64,000 bases of DNA, taken from assembly GCF_009914755.1 (NCBI RefSeq), contig NC_060934.1, one strand, 5' to 3'. Below the pieces are notes generated by a model. The model made no database searches. It was given only the letters and a program-made list of their open reading frames with translations, and was not told where the DNA came from. A program made the translations under genes and the position numbers. Origin of the DNA: the human T2T-CHM13v2.0 reference genome, Homo sapiens. Positions 30,974 to 45,922 of the stretch are shown in pieces (position 1 is the stretch's first letter; the number at the start of each line of letters is the position of its first letter).

Positions 30974-32607
30974 ATAAGACATGCTTTAATAAATCCTTCA
31001 ATAACTTGCAAAGTACTGTGACTGTTGGAAAGTTATCATGACCTAAGAGATTATCTAAAGAACTAAAAGAATGACTGTTCTGGGAATTCAAAGAAATATT
31101 AAAATAAGGCAGCTTTGAATGAAGACAGAACAACCCCAAAAGAAAAACAACGGAATCCTTTAAATATATATAAATTAAAAGCTAACCCTTCTTTTAATGA
31201 ATCTTATTTTCCTCAGCATTCTGTCCTGGTGTGATGTGGCTGTGTTGGCTTTTGCTGATGCCCAAGATGGCGGATCATGGAAACTGTGGTAGAAAGCCAC
31301 GCCCCATCTTTAGCTCCCTCAACAACAGTCCTTGGTTTACAAAGGGTACACCGTGTGGGCTGCTTTGTGGAAAAGAAGTTTTCCCACAATGCCAATTAAG
31401 TTAAATTTGGAGGGCCGAGTCACTTTTTCCCCTACAGCTAAGCTTGAGCCCACGGGAAACCATCTTGATCCTTCCATATAGTGCCTTCAGAATAGAAATC
31501 CAAATTGGTTCTGCTACGACCTGGAGTACTGCTGAGATCACTAAACTCCTCTGACCACTCATAAATTTAGCGTTCCCCTTTTCTATGTCAACAAACCCTG
31601 GATAATGGTGTTCATTATTTCACTACATTCTCAAAAATAAAGGAGCCCCAACAAAAAACAGTTCTGTGACAAGCTGTAATATAGGAGAAAACTCATTTCC
31701 ATATTATATTAAGCACACATGGGGGCCTCATGTTCTGTTATGTGCTATCATGACTACTTTGGGGTACCTTTATTATAGAATTCTTAGTTTTCTCAGAATT
31801 TTTAAAACTACCAATGCAGAAAGTGAGTGCCATTATTTTTGCCATTATTTTTATTCGAAGTAAATGAAAAAGAATATTTATATACACTTAAAAAGTGCCA
31901 TCGGGGACATTTTATCTTATAGGAAATCTAGAATATATACTCCCTAGTGCCTTGAGATGATTTTTAAAGAACACATTAATCTCATTAGTCCCACCCCTAT
32001 GGGTGGCAATGTTTTACTTTCCTTGGGTTTATTTTTAGTATTGTGCTTCCAAATTTTGTTTGGGGATGAAAAAGGTCATATGAAGGCCTTTTTTTGTATT
32101 TTCTGTAAAGCATATAAGGGCTCATTGGCTACAACCCTCTTAAAAATCAGTGGCAGGAAAAAAGCAAGTATCTTCTGAAGCAGTGAAATGCTTCCTTTCA
32201 CTGGAGGCAGAAAACAATGTAACCCATTGTTTTTACTCTTTCCCTAAACTGCAAGGAAGCTCAGAATTAAATTTAATGTTCAGTTGCAGTAACTATCTTA
32301 AACTTCCCCTTTTATATGCTTTTTGATTTTCTGTCTATTTTAACAAACTTACTGTGTATGTAACGTTTTATTGAAACCTGCTTAAAATACTTTCTGGCAG
32401 AAGGAAGAATGTAAGTTATTCTTTAAAAACAAAAACAAAAACAAGACCCAACTCCAATTACACTGAAATGTGCAGGTTATTTTAGATGTGAGCCCACAGA
32501 ACAATCATCCGTTAGGTTACTTGGGAGAATTGCCTCTACGTATCCACTCTGTCCTTGTGCATAAACACTCCAAATTGAGAAAAGTAGAAAGGCCATTTTG
32601 AATTTGA

Positions 32608-32899
<292 letters not shown>

Positions 32900-34373
32900 G
32901 AATTTGATTTCTTGATGAAAATCTACTTTCTGATATGATTCTCCAATGAACTTTTCCCTTGGGCTTGGAGAGCAAAAAACTTCTACTTTGTTCTCAATTT
33001 TTTTTTTTTCTAAGAGATTCCCAAATGATGAGTTAAGTCCAGGAGAATTTTTTGCCTCTGACTAGCACCCAGTATGGGTCCCCGCCTTGCCATATGTGGT
33101 TCTGGGTATGAATAACTGGGCAAAAAACTTATTTAAGTCCTCCTTACCAAGGGATGTTTGTTCTATCTGGCTTCTAGTGAGGTAGAAAATGTCATCAAGT
33201 TGGACTTTTCAGTTCTGGTATTAGTACTGTTATATCTGATATTGCAAATTCCAAAGGGCTAAAAAAATACAGTCAAAGAAAGCCAACCAAATTGCTTTAA
33301 AGCTTTAAAAACAAACATTTGCATTTCAATCATGGGTAAAGGCCTGGGAAAGAGGGAAGAATCTGTGCAAGTATTTAAATTAAATCAGTTTGCCCACCTC
33401 CTAACACATTCTTAGACCGGTGGTATATATTGGTGGGATTCTTAAACTTTTTGTAATTGTGTGATAAATAATAGCATGTTCAAATATCTCATGAATTATG
33501 ATTAGAATCCAATGCTGAAGCTTAACATCCCTTTTGAGAAAAATATAGTCAGTGAATCATTCTTTATAACAAAGAGCTTGGGAAAAAAATTAAGAACAGT
33601 CACAAGAGAATTTGGGATATTGGTAACCAATCAGAAGGTTTCAGGAAAAAAACAGTTTGCATTTGGTATAACTTAAGAGACTATTTTGGAAATTTAATAA
33701 ACCTAGAACAAAGTTATTTGAAACTCCAGTAATGAATACAATGGTTAAATTCCACTCATTCCTGCATCATGGCAGAAATACCCTTATCTCTGAACACAAA
33801 CCAAAATACACAAAGTCCTGATGCCTATCTGCCAGCCCTGGAGGGCAGCCTGGCAGTGTGAGAAGGAAGAAATCTCTTAAGAGCCTTCTCTTTTACCATA
33901 TGTGCTTTCTACTAACTCTGTCATCTTTTACTTCATCCAAACTGGAAATGAATGAGCAGGCCTTCTCAGATGGCAGAGGCTACTGATGTTGGCAGTAAAT
34001 ATATAAATGAAATAAAAACAGAAATAACCAAAAAACCCCAACAAATTAAAACAAGCTCCTGAAATGCACAGCTCCCTTCTACCCTCTCTAAATTAATAAC
34101 AGACTTATTAGTTCAAAGGTAACTTGCGAGAGGTTAGAGTTTCTTTTAAAAAACCTAAATATAGATTAATATATTCCCCCACCCCTATATTAATACTTTT
34201 TACAAATAAACACATTTGGTTTAGCATAAGGAATATTTAAATATAAACAGTAGTTTTCTTACACAAATGTATGTTTTTACAATACTAAATCAACCTCACA
34301 CCAACAAGAGTTGCAGCACTTGACCATGTTTTTATTGCAATCTACATCCATGATTTCTCCTTGCCATTAGAAG

Positions 34374-35217
34374 TGGTGTGGAAGTGCTGGGAAGGGAAGA
34401 GCGTGGTCCCTTTAAATGATAGGGAACCGAGGAAGGGAAGTGCTGAGTAGGGGAGGGTGTGGTCCCTGGCTAGGGCTCCACCCCCACGGGCCCAGGTGAG
34501 GACAGGCACTCCTGCTTTCGCCGGCTGTTGCATTTTCCAAGACCACTGTGGCCCACCATGCCCCCGTCCTGGGCCTATAAAAACCGGAGTCCCTAGCACA
34601 ACAGAGACACAAGCCGCTGGACGTAGAGAGGAGCACATTGGCGGAAGAAGGCGCAAGCGGCTGATTGTGGAGAGGGCCTCCAGAGGAGAGCGCGGGCAGA
34701 AGAGCAGGACAGGCACCCGCTGGCCGGGAGGTCATTGACTGGCAGAACGACGCGGAATTTGGCTGGAGCAGTCGGAGGAGAGCCCAGGACGCCCAGCAGC
34801 CCGACTCCAGAACAAAACCATCTCCCTTCTGGCTCCCCCATCTGCATCCTTGCTGAGCCTTACTTCTACTCAACAAAGCCTTACACATTCTCGCAGCCCA
34901 CGTGTGATCCGATTCTTCTGGTACACCAAGGCAAGAAACCCCAGGATACTGAAATCCCTCTGTCCTTCTGATAAGGAAGGGAGTCTCATTGAGCTGGTTA
35001 GCACACGCCGCCTGTAGACGGCAAGCTAAAAGAGCACCCTGTAACACATGTAACACATACCCACTGGGGCTTCAGCTATAAACATTCACCCTAGACACTG
35101 TCTTGGGGTCGGAGCCCCACAGCCTGCCCATCTTTATGCTCCCCTAGAGGTTTGAGCAGCAGGGCACACCCTCATCGCACGCCCTGGGAGGGGGACAAGG
35201 GAACCTCTTCCATTTCA
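34374..35217 (+). mobile_element. LTR1-family (HUERS-P2-type ERV1) solo LTR
   Basis: TG...CA ends; perfect 4-bp TSD gaag; 'gtggtccctttaaatgat...ctagggctccacccccacgg...cctataaaaacc' as in recalled LTR1 consensus. Confidence 0.8.
34576..34582 (+). promoter_or_regulatory. LTR TATA box
   Basis: TATAAAA within the CpG-rich part of the LTR1 copy. Confidence 0.5.
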
Positions 35218-35419
35218 GAAGAGTGGTGGTAGCTCTTAAAACTGTGATCTGGGTCACTGTTCTCTGCAGCCAGCACAGATGTGTACAGAGATGAAGGCAC
35301 GTGGTCTGCAGTGACACTCGGGCACTAGGTAAATGATGAGGACATTTACAAATGGTATTCGATAGGTAAATTCATAAGTGCCAACGGGTAACCAGAATTC
35401 TATGTCCCAGAAACTGGTG

Positions 35420-35825
35420 GTGCACTGAACTTTCTCCATTCTCCTTCCAGATCCCCTGTCGGCATTTCTGTCTTCTTTTCTGAGCTCAGGAAGCTGACCT
35501 CTGCAGATTGCATCAAGTGGGTCTGAGACCCCTTTCCTTTGGCTTTCTTGCGGTTTCAGCCAATGACAACCACTGTAGCAGAGCAGAGGGGGACTCATTC
35601 TGCTGAAAGCCACAGCTCCTATCCGGTGGTCTTAGAGCTTGGTAGGTCCTGTAACTACCTGCATCCTTGCTTGTAGGTTTAAGGGTGGCAGTCACTTCCC
35701 TTTTGCTAGCCCCAGAGGGGCTTTACAGAGTCTTGGTTTCCTTGCCCTTACTTTCATATAACCTCCTTTTATTTAAAAAAACTGTTTAATTATCACATTT
35801 GAGTGTCTTCTTTTTCTGGCACATG
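35420..35825 (+). mobile_element. LTR33-like ERVL LTR
   Basis: 'ccttccagatc...caggaagctgacctctgcagattgcatcaa...cagccaatg...gccacagctcct...ttgctagcccc'. Confidence 0.65.
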
Positions 35826-35964
35826 CAGCTATGTAGATTAAAGGGGTAACTGTACTTTAAAAAAAATCAATAAATCAGACTTTTCATTACTTCGTCTGGT
35901 CTCTTCCTTATCCCTTTGGTCCAAATGTATTATGCAGTATTGAAATATGGTGGTAATTCATGAG

Positions 35965-36135
35965 GGCTAATAATCTCATGTATTGAGTACTTAGGTGCTA
36001 GAGTTTGGCATGCATTGTCTCATTTAATCTTTATTATTACCCACCTGGAAGATAAGTATTATTATCTCAATCTTCCACACAAGAAAACTGAAGTACAGAT
36101 GTGTGAAGGAACTTGCCCAAGAGCCCACAGCCGGC
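35965..36135 (-). mobile_element. MIR
   Basis: 'tattgagtactta...tctcatttaatctt...gaaaactgaagtacagatgtgtgaaggaacttgcccaagagcccacagc'. Confidence 0.7.
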
Positions 36136-36456
36136 AGCCTGTGTGGGACTGGAGCCTGCATTCTTCATTCTCAGTGCAAAATCAAACAGTGAATTCCTGG
36201 GGTCAGAGCAGTTGGTCTTAAAGTGGGTCACCTTCCCTGCTTCTACTGGTTGTTTCTCCCTTTCCTGATTGCCTTCTCTCTTCCTTCTCATTTTCTTGTT
36301 TGCGACTTTGACTTCACCTCATCACTCTTCACCCTTTGTCCTTTACTCAGCCTTCTACTGTCTCATGAGCTGGATTTTCTCCTCCAGTGCAACACACAGC
36401 AAAATATCAACAGCTACAAATTGTTTTAAGAGTCAGTTGCAGCCATTACAAATTAA

Positions 36457-36879
<423 letters not shown>

Positions 36880-37147
36880 TCTACACAATTTTTTAAGGAA
36901 TGCAATAGTAAGCTCAGAAAGCAGGACACACAGTTCCATGCACAGTGCAATCTCAGGAAGAAATCACATGTGTAAAGTGAAGCCAGGGCAGAAATGTGCT
37001 TACCTAGTATCCATAGTTGTGTTAAGATAATGGCTTTTCAGGTGCTTATTTGAATGGTTCAACTTTTCTCTAGTTTTCAGATTTTTCACACTGGGCATGT
37101 TTTACTTTTTAGGCATAAATGTAACAACAACAACAAAAACCCCAAAG

Positions 37148-37547
37148 TGATATGGTTTGGCTGTATCCCCACCCAAATCTCGAACTGTAGTTCCCATAAT
37201 TCTCATGCATCGTGGGAGGGACCCCGTGGGAGGTAATCGAATCATGGTGGCAGGTCTTTCCCATGCTGCTTTCATGGTAGTGAATAAGTCTCATGAGATC
37301 TAATGGTTTTTTAAGATCCATCAGATCTCATGAGACTTAAGATCTATGGTTTTATAAAGGCGAGTTCCCCTACACAAGCTCCTGCGTGCCACCATGTAAG
37401 ACATGACTTTGCTCCTCCTTTGCCTTCTGCCATGATTGGGAGGCCTCCCCAGCCATGTGGAACTGTGAGTCCATTAAATCTCTTTCCTTTATAAATTACC
37501 CAGTCTTGGGTTTATCTTTATTAGCAGCGTGAGAACAGACTAATACA
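37148..37547 (+). mobile_element. THE1B-type MaLR solo LTR with internal fold-back
   Basis: tgatatggtttggctgt...gagaacagactaataca; perfect 5-bp TSD caaag. Confidence 0.9.
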
Positions 37548-38114
37548 CAAAGCAAAACGGGAAAAGTTCCACATAACGAGGTGGTAAGCCCTGATTCTCC
37601 CCTGGCATGCTGGACTCTGGCCTGTCATTCTCTCTGCTCAACAGAGCCAGACAGGGCCCCGGGCAGCTTACCTACACCTAATGGGCAGCAGTATTATGGA
37701 ATAGCAGGCATTGAGTCTCAAAGGACCTGGGAGCTTATCTAGTCTGATACCACTCTTCTTATCGCCTTAGAAACTGGGACCCAGCACTGACTTGCTCTAC
37801 ATCAGGTAGTGGGTTCCAGAGAAACACAAGCTAAGACTCCTGATGACTGGGCTTCTCATACAGGGCTGTCACCATTTCTCTTTGCAGCTGTCTAGAAGAA
37901 TCGTTTTTAAGTGTTGGCATAAGCATTTTCATTTCAACAGGTGTTTAGCTGTGCCTCCCGTTCTTGAGGTCAGGCACTGTTGGAAAGACACAAAAGTGTT
38001 GGATCCCCAAGGTGCTAAAGTAAATGAAGCACTTCATAAACACAGTAGGACCTCTTTCCCTGGAGAGATGGAAAATAGCACACTAGTGAGGTGGAAGCAT
38101 TTTCCCTGAAAAAA

Positions 38115-38405
38115 ATTTTTCATTTAAATCTAGACACAGTGTCTGGCTGGGGTGCAATGGCTCGATCATAGCTCACTGCAGCCTTGAACTGCTGGGCTAA
38201 AGTGATCCTCCCATCTCAGCCTCCTAAGTAGCTGGAAATACAGGCTCACACCACTGCATCCGGCTAGTTTTTATTTTTTTATTTTTTGTAGAGATGGAGT
38301 CTCATTATGTTGACCCAGCTGGTCTTGAGGTCTTGACCTCAATGATCTTCCCATCTTTGCCTCCCAAAGTGCTAGGATTATAGGCATGAGCCACTGTGCC
38401 TCACC
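38115..38405 (-). mobile_element. AluJ (partly deleted)
   Basis: Antisense J dimer. Confidence 0.85.
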
Positions 38406-38639
38406 CTGAAAAGTTTCTTTTGGAAATCTCCAATAAAAGCCAAGAATATCATACTCCAGGGCAGTCTTGGGGTGGTCTGACTTGACCTAAGAAAAGTCCC
38501 TCCAGAAATGGACAAACCACATGTCTGAATAATCTTCCCTTTCTGTTTATGCATTGAATGACTTCCCCATGTGAAGCATATGCATGCTGCAAACACAACA
38601 GTGAACAAATGCACTGACACTTGTGCATGAATATATAAT

Positions 38640-38850
38640 TACAAAGGGTGTAAATGTCATAAAGGAAGATACAGGCAGCATGGAGAGTGCTCAGCAGGGA
38701 ATCTGCCCCAGGGTGAAATTCTAGGAATTTCTTCCCAAGGACTTTCACTTTCATAAAGGATGTGTAAAATATGGGGAACAGCATCAAGGCAGAGGGAATA
38801 ACGTGCAAAGGCTCAGAGGTAAGAGGAATTTGGTATGTTGGAGAAAGTTA
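38640..38850 (-). mobile_element. L2 fragment
   Basis: 'ggggaacagcatcaaggcagagggaataacgtgcaaaggctcagaggtaagaggaattt'. Confidence 0.55.
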
Positions 38851-38934
38851 CAGAAGACAAAAGACTCAGATCATTCCTTTGGAATGCCTGATTCTGAGCA
38901 TCAGGGCCTTCTGCTGTTTTGCTTGGGTGTTTTT

Positions 38935-39118
38935 GTTTATTTTCTTTCTTTCTTTCTTTCTTTTTTTTTTTTTTTTACAGAGTTTGGCTGTGTTGCTCAG
39001 GCTGGAGTGCTGTCGTGCTGTCATAGCCCACTGAAACCTTGATTTCCTAGCCTTAAGTGATCCCCCCACCTTGGCCTTCCAAAGCATTGGGATTACAAGC
39101 ATGAGCCACTGCACCTGT
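38935..39118 (-). mobile_element. FRAM/FAM-like Alu monomer
   Basis: Single ~165-bp monomer with (tttc)n tail. Confidence 0.75.
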
Positions 39119-39832
39119 CTGTGTGTTTTCACTGCAAAATGTACCTCTGGCAATTGAAAGTGCTGGCTTGATGGCATTTGGAGATTACATGTAAAGAATA
39201 ATGATTTTTAACTTTGTCATCATTAACATTAGTCAGTATTTCAGGCAATAATTGAGTCACTTTAAAGATCACTCCAGGTTCATGCTCACAAAATCTATCA
39301 ATAGCACATGGAAAGGCATCTTTTTTTCCTCTAGTAAGTGATCATGCATGCAGTTAATCTGGAAGGGTTTTAAATCCTTAGAGTAAGAATAATAAGAAAT
39401 CAAAACTCAAATGTTTTACACTACTTGGAAATATTGTGCCTCTCTTGAGTTTAATCCAGTTGATCTTGTTTCTTGGGGTAGAATTAAAATATAGGTTTTG
39501 CAAGAGCTTTCATGTTCAATCCATATAGCGAGGTCATAGACCCTAGAATCCCCAGAGAAGATAGGGCTAACTAAAGGTTAATGATAGATACAAGTGATCT
39601 CAATTTTAAGGCAGATTTATCTATGAAAGTGTAAGATGCAGAGGTAGTTCATGAAACCTGACTCCTCGTGTAAGTATCTTGTTAACTTTTCAGGAATGTC
39701 AAAGAAACTATTGAATTTTTGGAAATGGGACAAATAGCCAACACATCTCTCATTCAACATATATCCCATCCTTCCCCACTTCACGTTACCTGCAGATGTG
39801 GTGAGAATGCCTTGTACATATCACCTAAGTCA

Positions 39833-40219
<387 letters not shown>

Positions 40220-41059
40220 TCAGCATCATTCATGTCCTTTGTTCTCCATCAGCTACTAATGCACTTAATTATTTTAGCTTTCAATCTGTATTTCTCTATC
40301 TTGTCTACAGAATAACCCAAAATATACTGTCACACGCCTTGCTGAAGGTCAGACTTACCTGTTTCCTGACCATCTGTCCAGTCAGATTGTCCAGTCAGCT
40401 TGCCCAAAATGGAAATTAAAGTGATTGGACTTATCCATCCTTAGTGAATGCTAATTGATTTTTCTTCATTTTATAAGATCCACCCTTTTCTTTAGTAATC
40501 CATTTTGAATCCTGCCCTCAGTGTCTGGGTTAAAGACAACCTTACCTTAAATCTAGAGTCTACTTACATTTTTATGTGGAATTAGAAAGTGCAGTTTGTT
40601 GACATATTGGTTTTTATTGGCTTTCTATTTGACCGTTGGCAGTTTTAATCAGAGTTATTCCAAACTCTCTATAAATTGATTCAAAAAATATTATTATGCA
40701 AATTTGTGCATGTCTAATATAAATATAATCACAAGTTTGTCATTCAAGGACATTTATGGTTTACCCAAATAGGTTGTGACAAAGGCATGAATATATACAC
40801 ATACCTTTCGGTAAGTTAAATAAATTTTGCCCTGTATATTCCCATATCTCCTCCCTTACTCTTCTGCAAGGCCTTTCCTTGGATTTCCCAGCTTTCTCTG
40901 GAAGCTCTCGAATACCCAGGTTTTGACATCTATTTCAAGCCTTCGATGAAATCATTATGTTGACCTAACTGAGGAATTTTCTATGCATGCATAATCATTC
41001 AGCATTAATGTCTCAATCAAGACTTCTTATCTGCTAGTTTTTATGGGCCAGAAGCATAA

Positions 41060-41367
<308 letters not shown>

Positions 41368-42479
41368 AACCAGCTCATTCTTTTCTTTTCTAAGAATCAA
41401 AGAATAGTAACTGCTGAATTTTTGTTCCTATTGCAAAGGGCTTTACTATTACTTTGTCCCTTATGAAAGTAGATGTGAGATTTTGATTGCGTTTGGGTTC
41501 TGAGAGATGACACTTCTGCCAGATTCTTATAAATATTGTCTATTATTATGTGACATTATTATAAGGACTGACTAAGGTGGAAAATTTTGGGTTTCTTTGT
41601 TTTTCTGAGTTTGCAACATAAATCTCAACAGGAGAATCACAAAACAACAAATCCAAAAGAGATTAAAAAAAAATCAGTCTGCTAAGTCTGCTCAGGTTAA
41701 TATGTCTTGGCTCATGATGGTACCCAAAGCAGCAGGGTCCAATGAGCAAGAAGCAGAAAATACCAAAGACATCCCCATCTGTATAGGCTTGGAAAATGTC
41801 ACTGCATGTACCTGACCTTCCACTATTAAGGTAGCTGATTTATCCCTTAGCTAAAGTTGCTCTCTCTTCCTAAAAGATCTTGCTTGTTTTAACTTTGTGG
41901 CATTCATGTTGCTGTTCCAGTCCAATCCCAGGATAAACTTCTGAGGTTGCAATGCCAGTTTGGAGAGCAGGACAGCAGCAAATTCCAAGGGAAGCCCTGG
42001 GGTTATCGCAAGCTCCAGCCGCCTGAGTTAGGTCACGTTGCCAACTTCAACAGAGCTTGACCTCAAGCTGAACTCCGCATTGCCAGGCTGCAGAGAGCTA
42101 AGCCAAGCAGCTATAACAAGTACAGGCCTTCCCAGCCAAGCAGGAGCCCACCTAAAATAAACCTGTAACCTTTCCCCAGAAAATGTTGTGTTTGTTTATA
42201 AATAGCCTAACTGCGTAGCCCCTAGAGTTCACTCATGGGAGCAGGAAGAGTCAACTTGTGTTAAACCCTCAGAGCTTCTCAGGTACCCCCCAAACTCCAG
42301 GCCTGTACTCACCAAAAATGGATCATTCTCTTCTTGGACTTCCTAGAATCCCAAGACCCAGGGCAGAAAGGAGAATAGCTTCAATTTTCTAGCGGCTAGG
42401 AGGAATCTAACTCTATTTTCCCTATGGGTAACAAAGCGCCTGAGTTAAAGTTCGAGATTTGGTATAAAAATGATAGCCA

Positions 42480-42710
42480 CCCTTACCACGTGCCAGGTAC
42501 TAGCCCATGCATTGCACATAATAACACATTAGCAAACATCAACTCATTTAATCCTCAGAACAACCTTGTAGAAACACTTCTCAAGGCTATTTACAGTCAG
42601 CTCTATTCCCAGCTGGGAGAATTCCGGCACAGAAAGGGTGAGTAGCTTTCTCAGCTAACAGGCACTGGAGGCAAGAACTGATCCAGGTATTTTGAACACA
42701 GAATTTACAC
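42480..42710 (-). mobile_element. MIR
   Basis: 'cttaccacgtgccaggtact...aactcatttaatcctcagaacaaccttgtag'. Confidence 0.65.
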
Positions 42711-43571
42711 CGTTATATTCATTCTTTGCAAGCCTGGGTGATGGAGCAGAAGGGAATTGGTGTCAGGATCCTAAGTCAGATGTGCCAAGCCCAGGCATCT
42801 CCAAATCTTGAAGTCCACAGAAATGGGAGAAAATAGCAAAAGGCACTATAGGATGGATGGGGGTCTCAGCAGAATGAAGGCTAACAGAGCTTAGGAGGGG
42901 AGGATCTCCCCCTTCTTCCCCATCCTACCGCCACCCCCAGCCTGCAGGCAGAATTTGATTGTAAAGGAATTCCCATTCAGAGGCTTAGCCTTAATTAGGT
43001 TAAATTCCTGGTGACCAGCAATTCCAATCAATCTGACCAGAGAAACCAGCCCTTTCAGTGTGAAGAATACTCTCATCCTTTCCTACTGGCAGGCTGTGAA
43101 TACTGGCTTCCACCCCAGGCACCCACCACCCACCCACAGGCTCTTTCACAGCAATGCACTAAGCTCTCTCTGCCTGGGCATTCCAGCAGCTGGGATGTTC
43201 TACTGGTTGGTGCTTCTCACATCTTCTGTACAAAGAGAGCTGATGTTCCTGAGATTACTTCAATGCCCTTCAAGATCCAGTGAATCCCCAATGCCTATCA
43301 CAGATTCCATTTTCAATGTAATTTTCAGTTTGTGAGGTCATTTATTATATTTTAGATCTTCCAAAATTGGCATCATATATGACATAAACTAAGTGCAGTA
43401 GCCAGATTATTTTTTTAGCCACTCACCCACTAAACGGCTCACTCAAGTAGGAATAGCCCCCACTCAGGAATTAAAGCCTGAAGGATACTGCTTATCAAAT
43501 TCCGGGACAATGATTCCAAGTATCACTGGGATCAACCAGCATTAGGTACCCACAGATAACAGTGCCTTAAC

Positions 43572-43856
43572 ACAGAATTTCTCAAACTTGAAGGTGTATA
43601 CAAATAACCTGTGGACCTTGTTATCTTATTGCTGTGTTTTGTCGAGAGTTTTTGTATGTGATTACTATTTGAGACAGGATCTGGCTCTGTTGCCCAGGCT
43701 GGAATACAGTAGCACGATCATAGCTCATGGTGACTAAGGGCCTTGTTAGAATTCAGGTTCAGATTCAGTGGGTCTGGGGTGGGGCTGAGAATCAGAATTT
43801 CTTACAAGTCCCTGGGTGATGCTACGTGGGGAAACTATACTTTAAGGAGCAAGGCC
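43572..43856. mobile_element. MER5A split by a truncated antisense Alu fragment (~43625-43730)
   Basis: 'tttctcaaacttgaa...ccttgtta' resumes as 'gattcagtgggtctggggtggggctgagaat'; TSD gg(a/g)ccttgtta. Confidence 0.7.
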
Positions 43857-45328
43857 TTGAAAAGTTCATTTATCTTGAGACTCTATGCTCCTGACTGATG
43901 TTGTACAAATTGATGCAACATAGAAACTTCCGGAGGGTGTGCTCCTTATTACGGACACCCGTGAAAGAAAGTGAATTTGTCCTGGGCTCTTTGGATGGGA
44001 CGATCTTTTCAGATCTCAATGGTTTTAAGTTTTTTGACTCTGTGCTTTCCCTTTGCTCAGAAAATATTTCCTATGGGACTGTTTTTCTGTCTTAATATAA
44101 GCACCTCTACCTCAAAGGAACTCCTTGTCTCTGAGCTGAAGCTCAATAAAACTTTTTCAGGGCCCTGTGGTTTGGTTATTTCATGTCTTTACATGTGGGT
44201 TACAGGATTATGCTGAAAGGGGGGAGGTGAAACAAATGTCTACTCTATTGAAATTGGAACAACGATTGGAACAAGAATTTTAAGCTTTTTGAGGATGGCC
44301 ACGTCGTCTAACCCCAAATGAACAAACGACGTGAGAGGCAATACAGCAGAGAAGCAAGACTTCAGGCTTTGCAGAAAGAGAGACCCTCATTCAAGTCCAA
44401 GTTCTGGAAGCCACAGGAGTTGTCACATGGGGCGAGTTTCCTAAACTTAGTTTCCTTACCCATAAGATAGGTGAAGCTGTCATGAGTAAAAGAGCACTGG
44501 CGAGACACGTGGCAAGACAGAGAAGGCAAAACTCATGTTTCCTCTTAACAAACCCTGGATGGATTCCATCAAAGCATCCTGAAACTAAAGGTTGTTAACT
44601 GCTGATGACGAGAATCTGACTGCTGGTGTCCTCCAGAAAGCTCCTTTATAGGAAGAAAGCAGAGACTCAGTTGTGGGCTCATTGAGCAGAATTGCATTTG
44701 GGTTTTCTCTGCCAGGCATCTCCATCCCTTTTTAGAATCACAGACAATCTGATACTGGTTGCATTCTGCAACATCCACTAGTAGGGATGGTTTATTGCAC
44801 TGCATAGGAAAAACATTTAGAAGATAACTTTCAAATTTTGTTTTTTGGGAAAACAAAACCCAACATAGTTTTCTCTGTTTAAGTTTCTTGGCTGAGTGCT
44901 TATTACTTAGGATATGTTTCCTACTTGACTTTTTTTTTTCCTCTTTCAATATAAGTGTCTCTGCCTCAAGAAGATTGACACAGTTTCCTGCATCCACTCC
45001 TTCCTGTAATACCTCTCATCCAGCCATGAAGCAGGATGCTGGTGAAATTTTCACTCATCTTCCAATGCCACCCATCACATCCCACAATGGCAGTAAAAAT
45101 GGTTGTGCCTTAAGAGCTTTTCTGCCCCAAAGTATACTCCAGATGACACTGAGCAGAAAGGTCTCCAAACGAAGGCCACCAGATCCTCTTACTTTGAAGG
45201 CAATTCTCAGCTCATGTCTCATAACCACTGTTGCGCCTTATTCTTGAAGCATCTTGATTTTAGGGGGCGGAAACATGAAACAGACACTTCCTGCTAGAAT
45301 CCACTGAATAAGCGCTTCCTCAAACATT

Positions 45329-45377
45329 ATTAGGTTGGTGCAAAAGTAATTGTGGTTTTTGCCATTACTTTCAGTGG
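45329..45377. mobile_element. Half MADE1 (Hsmar1 MITE)
   Basis: ttaggttggtgcaaaagtaattgtggtttttgccattacttt is one MADE1 arm; second arm absent. Confidence 0.85.
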
Positions 45378-45413
45378 AATAAAATAGTATATCAGCAAAC
45401 CACTGCGGAGTCC

Positions 45414-45783
45414 TGTCTTAGTTTGTTTGGGCTGTTATAACAAAATACCATCAACTGGGTGCCTTGTAAACACCAGAAATGTCTTTCTCATAGTTCTGGA
45501 GGCTGGAGTCTGAATCAGGATGCCATCATGGCTGAGCTCTGGTGAGGATCTCCTTCTGGGTTGCAGACTGCTGACTTCTCGTACCCTCACATGGTGGGGA
45601 ACAGAGAAGGGAGTCAAGCTCTCTCATGACCTTTATAAAAGCACTAATTCCATTCACAAGGGCTCATCCTTACAACCTCATTGAATCCTAATTACCTCCA
45701 AAGGTCCTCACCTCCTAATACCGTCACATTAGGTGGTAGGGTTTCAATGCAGAAATTTTGGGAGGACACAACGTTCTGTCCTT
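45414..45783 (-). mobile_element. MLT1A-type MaLR LTR
   Basis: 'tgtcttagtttgtttgggctgttataacaaaataccat...ttttgggaggacacaac'. Confidence 0.8.
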
Positions 45784-45799
45784 TTAAAAGGCACAAGTC

Positions 45800-45922
45800 C
45801 TTTTAAGATGCACATTCTGATACAGTAGATCTGGGGCAAGGCCTGAGATACTAAATTTGCAATCAAATCCCAGATGATACTGATGCTCTGGTCCACAGTC
45901 CAGCACGCTGTGAGTAGCAGCA
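45800..45922. mobile_element. MER5A fragment
   Basis: 'gatgcacattctgatacagtagatctggggcaaggcctgagat...gatgatactgatgctctggtcc'. Confidence 0.7.

Noticed and set aside
34412-35056. Longest ORF (214 aa, minus strand) and overlapping ORFs
   Set aside because: Entirely within the GC-rich LTR1 solo LTR, where stops are rare; no recognisable domain
45329-45377. mir-548-type hairpin from MADE1
   Set aside because: Only one arm is present, so no palindromic stem can form
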